Assembly (NCBI RefSeq): GCF_964355755.1
Contig: NC_092670.1
Location: forward strand, 25,902,795 to 25,966,794
Origin: Antedon mediterranea
Taxonomy: Eukaryota > Animalia > Echinodermata
Direction of reading: 5' to 3'
DNA length: 64,000 bases
Made by a program: the position numbers and the translations under genes. This document shows, one piece after another, positions 35,378 to 50,300 of this stretch. The notes beneath the pieces were generated by a model. That model saw only the letters and a program-made list of their open reading frames with translations, was not told where the DNA came from and searched no databases. Position 1 is the first letter of the stretch. The number at the start of each line of letters is the position of its first letter.

Positions 35378-38300
35378 CTAGAAAAACAAGCATGACAGAA
35401 TATTTAATGCATATTTTTTTCAAAATGAGAAATTGCTGTATACTTATTTAAACAAATAATCTGTACTACCTACCTGAAAAAAAAAAACACTAAAAAACTT
35501 TCTGACTACATAACCTATCCAAGTTTATTCAAGTTTTCAAGAAAGTAGTAGTAGTATGGATAACGAAGCAAAAACTATGAAAATCTTCTTTTTAATATAT
35601 AGGGCCTAAAAACTGAAAATGATCTTTTTGAAAATGCTTTTAACTTTCCATTAAATTACGTATATAATATATAGCTCCTTGTCAAATAGACTAGGGTTTT
35701 CCTTTTTATTATTATCACATGGTATCATGTACAAATTTACGTGCAAAGGTAAGAATTACAACAATAAAACGGTAAACTCCACACTCTTTATAGGATTTTC
35801 TGTTCAAAAGATTTATTTAAAAAAAATTGTTTTTGTTTAATCAAGATCATTACTGACATTTTATTTTATCATGCGCAAATCCAAGATGCACATGCGTTAA
35901 AATAAGAGCGCAAAAATGTAATGACCTATGCATATATCCTATGACCTGATGCATAGTGTCATATACCGTACGGTACAGTATATACTAAGATATATCTATA
36001 TACAGTGTAGCATTCATGAAATTACGGCACACACATTTTTTTGTTATGATGACATTATCAAATACAACAAGATGACAATTTTGGAAGATAATAATACCAA
36101 ATATATATAACGTTTGTAAGAAAATTAAACATGTAGAAGTACGGTGCGCACTCTTTTAAATTTATATATTATACAACTTTGACGAAAGAGAAAAAAATGA
36201 TAATGTCCCAAAACATAACCGAATAATGATAATTTTTAGTGGGGTTTCTGTTATTTTTTCAAGAAAACTCAAAATTAGAGACCTCTTTTTAGTGTGTTTT
36301 CGAGATGTTTAAAAAAAGAGAACCCTACTATAAAACACATCTGAGAAGGTCAATATGGGAACTCTCCGTAGAGAGCGTTTTGAATTAAATAAATAATGTT
36401 TTTTTATTATTTCTTTCATTAATTAATGAAACATTGTACGGTACAGTATATGAAAATCTTGCCTATTTCCATATGCATGCATTCAGAGACTAGTCTGTAG
36501 CAGGAGGTGGACACTAACCATGTGCTCAAGCCTGGCCAGCACTGTTGGCATTGTGTGCAATTGGTACTAAAATTTATATATTTATATAGATATTTATTAA
36601 GATACCTTAAAAAATTGAGTGGTATGTAGATCATGTCTTAATTTCAAGATATGAAATGGTAATATGTCCTCTGTAGGGTATCAACTAAAAACTTACTCTT
36701 AAAACTTTGCCCCTGTAATCTTCATCAAAGAGCAATGATTGCCTATACTCTGGATTTAAGGTCCTCCTTGCTATTTTGGTTTTTCGTTTTCCGATGCATC
36801 GGTTTCCGTCCATTAAATACAACTTCACCCATGGGGCTGAAAGAAACAAATGATCAAGAACAAACTAACACAACATACATCACAATTGTGTTTCAAATTG
36901 AAATTTAATTTAAAATTTAGAAGAACTTTCATTTTCTATTAAAAGTCACTGGAGGTTTTCCCAATAAATAAATAAATTTTGGAGTCATAAGTATTTTTAA
37001 ATACTTATGAATCCAAAATTAATTTAAAAGCAATTATACATAATACCAAGAATATCGGAAATCTAAATTAGGTATTTGCAAAAATACACATACAGTAATT
37101 GTTAATGAGTAAAAATTATTAATGACAATTTTGCTCCTTTGGACCTAAATTCCTTCTGCAAATGAATAGCAATAAACACATATATTCAGGCATTTCATTT
37201 CAAGAAAATGTATTAATTTTAAAATAACAATACATGACATAATTACAAAATTGTAAAGGCCGTTATTGAGTATCCTGTATTAGAAGAAAACAAAGTTTCT
37301 TGTCACACGCAGGATCCCTAAAAAAAGACGTTTGAGGAATTGACCTGTGTATAAGACAATTTATGTCAAATTTCTGTGTCAAAGGTCTTTTACACCGAAA
37401 TATATGGTATTCAAAATTGCTCAATGACATTCGTCTAGAAAAAACATTCTGATTGTCTCAAGAATTAAAATCCATAAAAAAAAATGTAAGGTTATATAAT
37501 AATGATTTCTTACATTTCACAGTATGTGCTCTGCTAAACTGGCAAATCATAATAAACAATAGATCACCTATTGATTGATAAAGTCAATTTCATACATAAT
37601 TGGCTTGGTAGGGTGGAAAATTGCTACACTGACCTGGTAAAATCTTAGCAGATGGTTTTGCAACTAGGCCTCTAGCTTGAATTACTTCAACTAACAACTG
37701 GCCATTTTTCTCCTGTAAACTAAGCTGAATATCCCCTAATGCTGGTGTGCCAAGTACTTGTCGACCAACCAATTGCGATGGGCCTAGGCCATCCAAGAAA
37801 TCATTAAAATGTGGTTCATTTCCAGTCATTCGAGGCATCCACACCCTGTGAATAATCAAATATAAATATGAATAATAATTATTTCCACTTTAATAAAGTT
37901 TGTATTTTAACGTAACAGTTGGATTTAATACATTTCTCATTTATATTTATTCAAAATGCAGTGCTTTTGAGTCATTCCAGTGCATTTATACTAATTATTA
38001 TTTTATTAATCCCAGGCTCATCCCATGGTATCTGTTTGTATTTGTATGTGTATGAGTGTCTTCCACCGATTTAATCAATAAATTGTTTATTATCTGAAAC
38101 CGAATTTACAAACGTATCATATATGTGCAAATATAAGAAGGTGTACATAAATTAATTTAAATAAGCCTGCAAAAAGTTTTCCAAAAAAAAATTACTTTTA
38201 TACGCACCAATGATAGTTATATAGAAGACTACATTAACCAGCAGACTTTCAAAAGTTACAGTTCTGCTCTTTTATTTTATTAAAATTATTATACTTTTGT

Positions 38301-41300
38301 CAAGCATTAATTTCTGTGCCATTTTAAAAATAACTTTATGTATCAACTTGCTCCTATGAAGGTACTAAAATCAATTATTTTTCCTCCAAGACCAAACAAC
38401 AATTTTGCGTCTAATAAATCTGCTCTAATAACCTAAAAAGACACTCTCTCACTCACACTAATATGTCTTAACATTGAAAATCATTTTCAAAGCAAGTTTG
38501 TTAGTCTAGGGGCACCAATGACAAAAATATTTCCAGTGGGTTCACTTATAACTCCTATTTGGGCTAGATTCAGTAGCCTAGTTTAATTCTGTAAACATAA
38601 TTTGTTAAAATACAAAATGAAAAAATACTCTTGTATTGCGACAGTAAGAAAAATGTACTTATAAACTTACGTATTAGTATTGTCTAAGCTTCCTACACTA
38701 CAGATGCTACCATCAGTACTCTCGCGACTCGCTTGTGGCGTTAAACCACGCTTTACATCCACAATACCTGTACCTACTTCCTCGCTTCTTTGTATTGTTG
38801 ACCTCTTTTTACCTACATTGAGCATTTGATAAAAATAAAAAATACATTGATTTTAAACTAATTTTATTATTTGATTTTTTTTTCATGGTGCAATTTACTA
38901 TTCTAACACAGAATATATCAAAAAACACTTTTTAACAAAAATTCAAAGGATACAAACCTGTTAAATTTGATGTGCTGTTACTTTTTTTATTAAGCCCTAC
39001 AAATGCTGCTACTTTTGATAAACTAGTTCGACGTTTCTTTAAATCTGCTATGTTTATGCTATCTGTAGCCGAGTCTGATATGCTTCCATCACTACGGTCA
39101 TATGAATAAACCTCTGCACTACTTGTACTTCGACTCAAAATTTTCTTAGGATATGGCGATCGCTCCTCCATTTTTGCTTTCAAATCACTTTAAAAAAAAA
39201 TTTTTCTTATTAGAATTATCTTCATATTGGTCACAAAATATTAAATGATAGCAAATTTGATATATTATTTTTGTACATAGTGAATAGGAAGGTAATTTTA
39301 AACAAGTTGTCAAATCTGACAAATAATAAAATGATGATAATAATAATAATATATGAGTTCCTTAAATGCAGAGGTAAATTATGTTTAATTGTATTTACCG
39401 CATAACACAAATATATTTATTTTCTTGCCTAAACTTTCTGCCATCCACTATTTGTATGATCACAGACCATATGACCATACATTATTACATACCTAATTGG
39501 GATAATATAGATGTACTACACAAAGAACAAGTTTGGCTCAAACGTAAAATTAAAGAATCCATCAGCATAAGGAAACAAGATAAAAAGATGAATAGAGACG
39601 AAGGCGCGCACCAACTATCTCATATTTATGATCAACTCCTGATGACTGGTCCCCTAGGCTACACACCAAAAACATCCAGTGGCTGGAAAGGAGACCAATC
39701 GGCGTTATAACGCATAGCAACTGAAGAAGTCAAGCTGACAGCTTGACAAAACTGTCTTGCAAACGCAAGTTTACATTACTGGTTTACTATCAAGGAACTA
39801 CATATCAAAATACAAATACTATATAATTTTATCATTTCTCCTACCAATGCTTTTTTTATAGAATTATTTTAAAAATATAAATAAAAACACACAGAAACTA
39901 ATAAAATTCAGACCAGACATTAAGTATTCGAGCCACAGACCCCCATGGGGCAGCAAAACAATCAAACCTTTTCCGCTGGTAAACACTGTTTTTTTGCACG
40001 TGTTCTGTGACGTGTGTCAGAAAGTAAGTCAGTGTCGCCGTCACAAATACATTGCAGGTTAACTTTTATTATTATTTTCACATTCGTCATTTGTATCACA
40101 AACTCGACTCGTGGAAAGGCCACCTTTAATTTATTTGATGGTAAACAATTATAAATCCAATTCGTTTTTATACTGTATATACTTAGACACAAAATAGAGA
40201 TTACACTAACAACCTTTTATTTTCTTCAGGTCATAATGGCATAATCTTTTTTTTTGTGCGCAATATTATACCTTGAATACCTTGAACCGTAGGACTTTGA
40301 GAACTAGCTCATTTGTCCCTCCATTGTCATCAATGAGAACTCCTCGATAACATATGGGCGAAACTTGAGATGGTGGTCAGACCATAACTTTGCAATGCCG
40401 GTTTTGAACTTGTTAATCGTTGGTTCAGTCACAATATGGTTTGGTAGCGAGTTCCAATCATTTATAACTCTAACTGCATATGCTCTTTTTCTAATGTTTT
40501 TATTATATTTGGATTTCGATACCTTAAAAACATTCCCCCTGGTTTGCTGGTACTGTATTTAGATCTTTGAAATAATTTTCCTGCCTCAATATTATCAAAT
40601 TTATGAAAGATTTTAAACGTTTGAATTAAATCCAGTAACTTCAATCTCTCTGCATATGGCTTACTCCTCAATTCAGACACTAACCTTGTGGATCTCTGTT
40701 GGACTTTTTCTAAACGATTGTAATCTTTCTGATACAGAGGTGTCCATGAACACCATATTCCAATATAGGTCTGATCATAGATTTGTACAGATACATATAA
40801 CTCTTACTATCAAGATACTTTAAAGATCTAGTCACCATACTGAGTATCCTGTTTGCAGATTTAACAACCTTGGAAGTATGGGCAGAGAAGTCTCAATTTA
40901 TGATCAATCAGTATTCATAAATCTGTTTCTTGAAAAACGCTATCAATACCAACTTTGTTATCACCAAGGCCAATAAAGTATTCATACATCAAATTCTTTG
41001 ACCCAAAATGAATGACTTTACACTTGGTCAAATTAAACGGTAGCTGCCAAAATAAAGTATTCATACATCAAATTCTTTGACCCAAAATGAATGACTTCAC
41101 ACTTGGTCAATTTAAACGGTAGCTGCCAAAATAAAGTATTCATACATCAAATTCTTTGACCCATAATGAATGACTTTACACTTGGTCAAATTAAACGGTA
41201 GCTGCCAAAATAAAGTATTGATACATCAAATTCTTTGACCCATAATGAATGACTTCACACTTGGTCAATTTAAACGGTAGCTGCCAAAATAAAGTATTCA

Positions 41301-44300
41301 TACATCAAATTCTTTGACCCATAATGAATGACTTTACACTTGGTCAAATTAAACGGTAGCTGCCAAAATAAAGTATTCATACATCAAATTCTTTGACCCA
41401 TAATGAATGACTTCACACTTGGTCAATTTAAACGGTAGCTGCCAAAATAAAGTATTGATACATCAAATTCTTGACCCATAATGAATGACTTCACACTTGG
41501 TCAATTTAAACGGTAGCTGCCAAAATAAAGTATTGATACATCAAATTCTTTGACCCATAATGAATGACTTCACACTTGGTCAATTTAAACGGTAGCTGCC
41601 AAAATAAAGTATTGATACATCAAATTCTTTGACCCATAATGAATGACTTCACACTTGGTCAAATTAAACGGTAGCTGCTGCCAATCATGAGACCATTTGC
41701 ACATCAATATCAGTCTGCATTACATTTCTAGTATCTGAATCGGATTGAATTATTCTGAACAACTTTGTATCGTCTGCAAAGAGCTTAATGACAGATTGGG
41801 AAATAGCGTCTGGTAGATCATTTATAAAAATGACAAATAATAATGGCACCAGGACACTGTCCTGTGGCACTCCGCTAATAACATCTCGCCACACCGACTT
41901 CTTCCCATGTTGCTAGAAATACCATAAGACCTGAGTTTAGATAACAATCTACCATGAGGCACTTTATCAAAGGCCTTCTGAAAGTCAAAATAAATACAAT
42001 CAAAAGAAAAACCTTTATCCAACCATACTGACCACAAATCAATGACCTCAATTAACCGAGTTGTACACGACTTGCCAGAGCAAAAACCATGTTGAAATTA
42101 AATGATGTGATTCTAGATGTTTGTATATTTTGTCTTTAACAAGTTTTTCCATTGACTTACACATTACAGAAGTTAAGCTAACTGGTCTATAATTGAGAGG
42201 TTCAGACTTATCACCTTTTTTATACAAAGGGACAACATCGGCTCTTTTCCATGAGTCTGGAACTACTCCTTCAAACATCAATTTATTAAAAAAATAAAGT
42301 AACTACTCCACGAATTGTTTCTGCAGTTTCTTTCAATACACGAGAATTAATCATGTCTGGACCAGGAGATTTATTTACATCTAAGCTCTTGAAATATTCA
42401 ATAACTTTGTCTACTTCAAACATAACTGAATCGATCAAAGCATCCATCTTTACTTCATCAAAATTGGGAGGTTGGGTTAAATCTTCCTCAGTAAAAACCT
42501 GAACAAAGGCAGTATTAAAAACTTCTGCTTTCACTGAATTAGAAGACACAAAAACATTTTATATTCAGACCGCTCTGCTTGGGTTCTATCATGAGATACA
42601 CTTATATTACAAACTTATAGTAAAAACCTGATTTTATCAAATTTCAAATCATAATTTCTGTAGAGTTTCAAAAACATGTATGACAACCATGTAGCCCTCT
42701 CTCTGATTTATAACGTATGACATGCAAGTGGAGTTTATCGTGTGGATAACTAACAAATCTAGTTGTTATTTGTTGTTTTAGTACATGCCGCATCCATCTA
42801 AAGACGAACTTATAACGACGCAATTCGTGTGATATTTTTACTGGTTAATACCACTTCCGTTATCTAGCCTATGGATCAAGGAATCGTTGAGCCCCTTAAG
42901 AGGCGGTACAAGAAACACTTATTGTGACACATATTGAGTGCACCAGATTAGACGCCAATTCCGGAAAGAATAAAGAATGTAACTATCAAAGACTGTGTGT
43001 TGGAGAGCTGACGCATGGGAAAATGCAACTGAAAAAAGCTTGTCAAGATCTTGGAGAAAGTTGCTAGGAGACATTTTCGAGGTGCAAACAGATGATGAAA
43101 ATTGTGAGGAAGAATGGTGGATAATGAGGATACAAACGTCTTTAACATAATGTTCCGGGAACTCGGTTAGAAAACAGACAAAGAGGGATGGATTGAACCA
43201 GAGACTTGGTTGCAGGAAGACACTGCAGATCCTGATTACCAGATGTTGACAAATTAGGAAATTGTGGCAGAAGCCATCAAAGACGATAACCAGTTACAGT
43301 TTGATATTGTTGACACGCCTTATATTATTTTGTTATGTTATTTTATCACATACTTTACATTCGGTTAATTATTTTTTAGCAGGTGAGTCAGGGGCAGATT
43401 TATATTTGTAAAAAAAATAAAAACGAAGGGAAAAGACAATGCACATATATTGCATGCAATGTTATAACTTTGCCGTCGCCCAAATTTCCTGTTTTTTTCA
43501 TTTAGTTGTGATTGTCGCTGAGATTAAACAAAAGAAAAGACATACTGTTCCCGTTACAATGATCACCGTCAAGTGATACGTTTCTGTAAATAAAGAATTG
43601 CCTATTTTCTCCTGAAAAATAAACACATTTTGGTCCCTGGATTTAACATGATATTGATGTGTGTATCGTACTCATACAGCAGGCTGGGGCACAAACGATT
43701 CGTACAAAGGACACCATCAGACAACTGCATTCGCCTACCTATTATATACATAAAAAATGGAACGCTATGGTTACCTACACAGTATGTGTGGCTATATAGT
43801 ATAGTGTATCATATGATCATAGAGGATATGTTATTAATAATATAGTACACTAACTGTGGTGACGGTGTACTGTAGTTTACATTATAGCAACCGATTTTGT
43901 TTCAGGCCACCCACCGATACGTACTCAACTGTATCAATACCTATTTATATTGATAGATTTAATTTCCTCAACAAATTAATGTAAATAAATATTGAGCTAT
44001 AATAACCATTTTGTGCTTTTTTTGGGGCTTCACCTAGACGTACGTTCACAAACCAAAATACTGAGTGAATGACATTGTCAACAAAATGTTATCGTCCTTT
44101 ATAGTTATGTGTGTTTATTGGAGGGAAAAAGTATGACTGTTTTGGTCATTAGTAGCATGCTACATGAGAGTGCCTTTTCCTGTAAATTAGAGGAGTCATT
44201 ATCATGAATTTTATGTGCGAGAGTACCATATCCGGCCATCTGGGACGTCATTAATAACAAAGTTCGCTTTGCCACAGGTCATGTCGACGGCCCTGGAAAA

Positions 44301-47300
44301 ACACTTTTTTTCAGCCGTGCAAATGCTTACTTGCGCGAAGCGCCCTGTTGTAACGTTTTTACTCAAAATAGACCTATGGAGGCCACCTTTTAACAGGCCA
44401 GTACCTCAGTTTTCTTATTTAAAATATCAATTTTTAATACATTTACATAAACGCGAGAGTGCCATTTCTGACCATCTAGAGGTGTTATATTTTCAAAATC
44501 GCCCTATCCATGGTGGGACTGAGTTGGTGTGGACTCTCTACAGTAGGTCCCCAAAAATAAGACAAATAGATATGGAAACAGTGCAATCCCGTTTCTTACT
44601 CGCTGCCTTAAATAATAAAAGAAATGAATAATGTAACCAACTATTAATTTGGCATATATTGGAAATTTTTTTCAATTGTACCATTTTATTTTAATTTCTC
44701 ATTTAATTTTGTATATAATGTTTCTGTAAATATTTAGTTGTAATTATTTAATTGTCTGAAGTCGACTGATGTAAACTTTAATTAAGAAATAAATGTAAAT
44801 TCTGCAACTTAAATATAAGACTATATCTTTATACTGATGAATGACGGGTAAATGTGCAATACCTGAACGAATACAGGAATATAAGTGCTATATGTTTTAC
44901 TGAAACTTGGTTATCGGAAAAACAATGATGATCAGGTTAATATTGTAGGCCTTAAAATCATAAGTTACCGAACTTAGGTGTTGCTTATCATAATTTAGTT
45001 TTACTCAACCCAAAGGAAATATCTACTGGACAATTGATGCTGTTGAGGGTGCTTTTGAATGCACAGATTGAAATATTTTCAAAGATGACTATTATGACAT
45101 TAATGAAGCAGCTGATTCAATTAGTAGTATTAAATTTGTACTGATATTCCTATTCCCACTATTAAAGTGGTTAAGATGTAAATAATAAACAGAGGATAAC
45201 TAAAGGAATCAAACATATAATTAATAGAAAGAAACAGGCCAATCGTATTGTATTCCAACAGGAGGGGGAACCAACAAGATGGCTGCAGTAAATGTGTTTA
45301 AAAACATTATTTAATATAAAAAATAATAATCTAAAATAATACATTAAAACCACATAAATTACAACACATATTCTTGCCAAAGCACAGTGAAGTTTTTATA
45401 AAAATAAAAATATTGTTAATCGCAATGGAATGAATAATTTCTTGGTAATCTATCATTTTTTGTATACGAGGATTAGCAACTGGCTTTCCAACAAATACCA
45501 GCGTACATCATTTAAAGGTATTTTTTCAAGTTAATTGCCTATCAATAGTGGTGTTATTCAAGGTAGTAAGCTTGGTCCTACCCTATTTTTATGTTTTATT
45601 AATGACATTGTTAGCAGCTTTTCTTGTCATCTGTATGCTGATGATCTCATTATATTAAGTTCATTTAAAGACCCTTCTTTTGATAAATTGCCCATTTTAG
45701 CATCTCATTTAGAATCCTGGTCCCTTAACAATGGTTTACCCTCGCCCCTAATAAATGTAAAATTAAAAATTCTTCCGTAGAATACCTACTGTGTTCCCCC
45801 TTTACACCTTTATGGAACTATAGTATAACAGGTCCATCATTTAAAGTACCTTGGCATTTTAATTTCTGACAACCTTAAGTGGCACACTCAAATTTCTTCT
45901 GTCTACAAATCTGCTATCAGAAAAATCTCTATTCTTAAATACCTTAAACACTCTCTTGATTTTGATACTATTGCTTTTTTATATAAATCCTACATACAAC
46001 CTGCTATTGAATACTCTTGCTCTACCTATGGTCTCCTCCTCCAATGTGAAATCGCCCGAATTAAACGCCTCGAACTCTACGTCGCTAAACTCCTCTCTGA
46101 TCATGCTACTTATTCTACCTATCCCGCCATTTTTTCTAATTTCAATATTATTACCTTCTCTTTAAGGCATCAGTATTTTTTACTTAAATTTATTTGTGCC
46201 ATCACGCAGTCCCCTGAACACCCTCTTCGTCAATTTCTTCCTCCTGTTTGTACAATGTCTATGGTCCTTCGCCATAATCAACACTCTTCTCATCTTCCTT
46301 TTAAAGGACATACTACTCGTTTTCTTCACTCTACTCTACCTCACTCACTCTCACTCACTCAATCTTTTCATCTTAACGTGTCTTCCTCTTCTGTGCTTGA
46401 CATTAAAACTGCCCTTAAGATGTAACCTATAATTGTTTACACTTTTAATAATTATTATAATAACTATAACAATAATCATAATAAAAATAATTACAATAAT
46501 TAAAAATAACTACTACGGTAGTAATGACTATAATTTTTATGTGTTTAAATTTTAAATGTAAATATGTATAATTATGTTTGTATGATGTAGTATGTTTAAG
46601 CGGATATTAGCCCTTGATGGCATTTGCAGCAATAAAGAAATTGAATTGAATTATTATTTTAAATGTAGGCTTATTGATGGTAATTCTTATGTTCATTTAA
46701 AAGACCTAGGCCTAAGTGAATTTGTTATTGCCAAGGAATCATTAATTAGTAATCATCTGTATATTATTCTTTGCAATGTAAGGTAAATACAAGGCCTAAC
46801 TAGGCAGGCATATTACATAAAGGAGGCCTAGCTACCTGACCCAGTAGATATTCGAATTGTTGTTGGCTATGTAGTCAGGTCAGTCAAACATCTGGACTGC
46901 TATCGGTCAAGCTGTATTCCGATACAACCTGTATCAGCTACAATACTACCAAAGGTCTAGTTGTCATCAAATCTGAAAGCTATACTGGCGGAGACACTTG
47001 TTGTCCCTAGTAGGTTTAACCAAGTCAGGCAGGTTTCAGGCTCTTCAGGCCTATGGTAGTATGAGTCAGTCGAGTCCCACACTGGAATTTTCAGTGTGAG
47101 GAGGGGAAGTTGGACCTCCTATCAGAATAAGATCAATAAAGATAAATTATCTTTAGATCGGGCTGGAGCCCAAGAAATCCATTTCAACCTCCACCAACAC
47201 GCCTTGCCAGCGTGGTGCGACTAGGCAAATTACCTTTACCAATTATGAAGAGAAGTAACACTAGAGGTCGTAATGCGCATGACCATAACGAGTTAGGAAA

Positions 47301-50300
47301 CAGAGCAAGAAGGATTCTTTTGGCAACATGCCAGCAAATGACGGCCCGTTCCAAATCCGCAGGGAAGTTCCAGTTCTGATCAGGGAATTCAAAATGCTCA
47401 CAGCACCGAACTGCACATTTGCACTTTAGAACCTTACGTACTGATGAGGACTGAGGAGCTTGATGAAATTAAATGGGATGTGATAGGCCCTGCAGAAGCT
47501 AAAAGACAAGAAAATATCATCAAACTAAAATGTGGTCACACTTTATACACCTCAGCAGCAAAAAGCTTGAACGGAGTGGGCTTTATTGTTGAGAAGACAA
47601 TCACGAACAATGTGCTCAAATTTAAAGCATATTCTGACAGAATTGCTGTACTGAAGCTACATATCTAAGACTAGTCCAAGTCTATGCTTCAACCACTAGC
47701 CACGATGACGAAACCATAGGATCATTTTACGAAGAACTAGACCAGGCACTAGGGGAGGATAAAACAACATACACTAAACTAAAGTTGGAATAAGAAAAAC
47801 TAGGGAAGAAAAAGGCATAGGTCCTTTTACATCAGACCACCACACACTCAGCCTAGTTATTGAGAAATCAATGGAATATAATTTCAACTTGTTCTTGGGT
47901 TTCGTGGACTACGAAAAGGCTTTTGATAGCCTTGATCATCAGTCACTTCTGAGAGCTTTGAAGCACCAAAACATTGACGAGAAGTACATCAAACTTATCA
48001 AAGCTATCTACAAGAACCCCACTTCCAGGATTCACCTTGAAGATACCATTACAGAGTCATTCGAAATTCTCAGAGGAGTAAGGCAAGGGGATCCAAAATC
48101 TCCTAAATTGTTCACAGCTGCCCTAGAGGAGGTCTTTATGAACACACACTGGAGCGACAAAGGTATCCTAGTAGATGGTGAATGATTCGCTTTGCAGACG
48201 ATATTCTCATCCTAAGCCACACATGTCAAGAACTTCAAGAAATGATGCAGGACCTTGAAAAAGAAAGTAGGAAGGCAGGTCTCAATGAACATAAAGAAAA
48301 CTAAAGTCATGTCAAATACCAAACACCAAAACTTCAAAGTAACTGTACCACTACATCTATCTTGAAAAGAAAATAACCTTCATAAATAGCTCAGGAGAGG
48401 ATTTAAAAAAAGAATTAAGCTAGGTTGGGCAAAGTTTGGTTCCTTGGGATACATATTCCGCAACACATCATTACCTATCTCGTTGAAAAGACAGGTTTTC
48501 AACCAATGCATCATACCAACCCTTATCTACAGTTCGGAAACATGGACCATTACTAAGCATCTCGAAAAAAGGCTAAGAGTAACAGAAAGGGCAATGGAAA
48601 GAGTACTATAATAGGTGTCACAAAGAAAGATAAAGTGTCAAATACAAATCTCAGATTTAGATCAGGAGTTCAGGACATAATAAGCAGCATAAAATCGAAG
48701 AAATGGAGGTGGGCAGGAAATGTGGCCAGGAGATATGACAACAGATGGACAGTCAGACTGACAAATTGGACTCCAAGAACCTACAAAAGAGGCAGAGGGA
48801 GACAAAAGATGAGATGGAGGGATGAACTAACAACACCTGGTGGCATTGCAAGCATACCACACTTTAATTTTGGAAGTTTCTGGGATTTATAAATACATAT
48901 CCTCTGAAACTTAGTCTGACATTTTTTTTGCAACATAACAATACAATGTTAATAATTGTGGATTGTACGCCTATACTGTATAATTTCAGATTTTATATAA
49001 CTGATCGAGACATGGTTGTAATTATAAATTCCTGATCGGTTAATTTGGTCCAAGATTTGAATGAAAATGTTTTGTTTACTACATAAATTTACCATCGTAT
49101 GAATTATTTACTCTGTGTAGGCGACAGGTAGTTTCAATACAGTATTTGAGAACCATCTGTGTGCACTTACTACAGTAAATGCAGGTCTTACATGAGTGAA
49201 GCAATTGCTTTTAAAAATATATCCTACATTTTTTAGTGCATTCGTTGGAAGCATGCAATTGGATACAAGCAGCCATGAGCAAAAGGAACAATCAAAATAT
49301 TTATGTAGAGGCTCTGTTTAAAGATACAAGGAAATTAGTTAAATTACATTATGTAAAAGATGTATGAAAATTGATATGATATTCTTTGAAATATGCAAAT
49401 CTACATAAATGAATAGTAAAAAAAAAAAAACAACAACAATGACAATTACACTTTACTTTGACCTTGGAAAATACTACTGTTTTTTACTACAAACAATAAT
49501 ACAAACAATTTGTTGGATGAAAATATGTATTCTGAGGGAAATTGTTAGTAGTGGATGGCACTTGATGAATTTAACGTAAATCTTTGGGAGCAACACTGAT
49601 TATTGGGACAGTAAAATTATAAATTACTGCAACTTAAGGACAAAATGATTCAAGTCATTAATTAATAATTAACGAGTCAAATTACCTCGGTCTCCGCTCT
49701 GGACAGCTACTTATACTAGATGCAGAAAAAATAAGAAGATAAAAAATATGTAAAGAATGTTTAACCTAACAAAATGAATGGACAAGTGGATAATACTGCA
49801 ATACACGCTTTCTTTCATTGGATTTTTAAACTATAAGAATATACACAGTAAATTCCATCAACATTAAAGCAATTAAATGCACATTTGCTGTTTTAAATGG
49901 TCTTAAATTGATTGAATGTGTATATGGTAAATGTAATATTGTATTTAATTGCACATTCTATTTTGATTAATAATATTTATTGAAGCTATATCACTGCTTA
50001 TACTTTAACAGTTCTAATTGAATTAGTGATGCTTAGTTGCTGGTTGGTCTTGGTCACCTGTCTTTTACCATGGTCAAACAAATAACTGAGTTTAGCTTTG
50101 CAGAGCCTGCAACTGTATAGCATAGCTTCAAAGAGTGAGAAGTACTGAAATACAGTAATAAACAAAATAATTTGTTTTAGTAGTTTTACTCTCATCTTTA
50201 TTAAACGACAGTGTAAACAAAACATACACGTTTTTTATTAAAAAGAGTTCTTTTTTTATTAAATATATTGTTATGCCTTTACTTTTTATGGGCCTATGTA

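Noticed and set aside
44215-44631. 138-aa ORF
   Set aside because: GTG start, no recognisable domain, lies across repeat fragments
46950-47240. HDV-like ribozyme in the RTE 5' leader
   Set aside because: Some RTE elements carry one, but I could not build the P1/P2/P3/P1.1 nested pseudoknot by eye; a descriptor search (RNArobo or Infernal) would be needed
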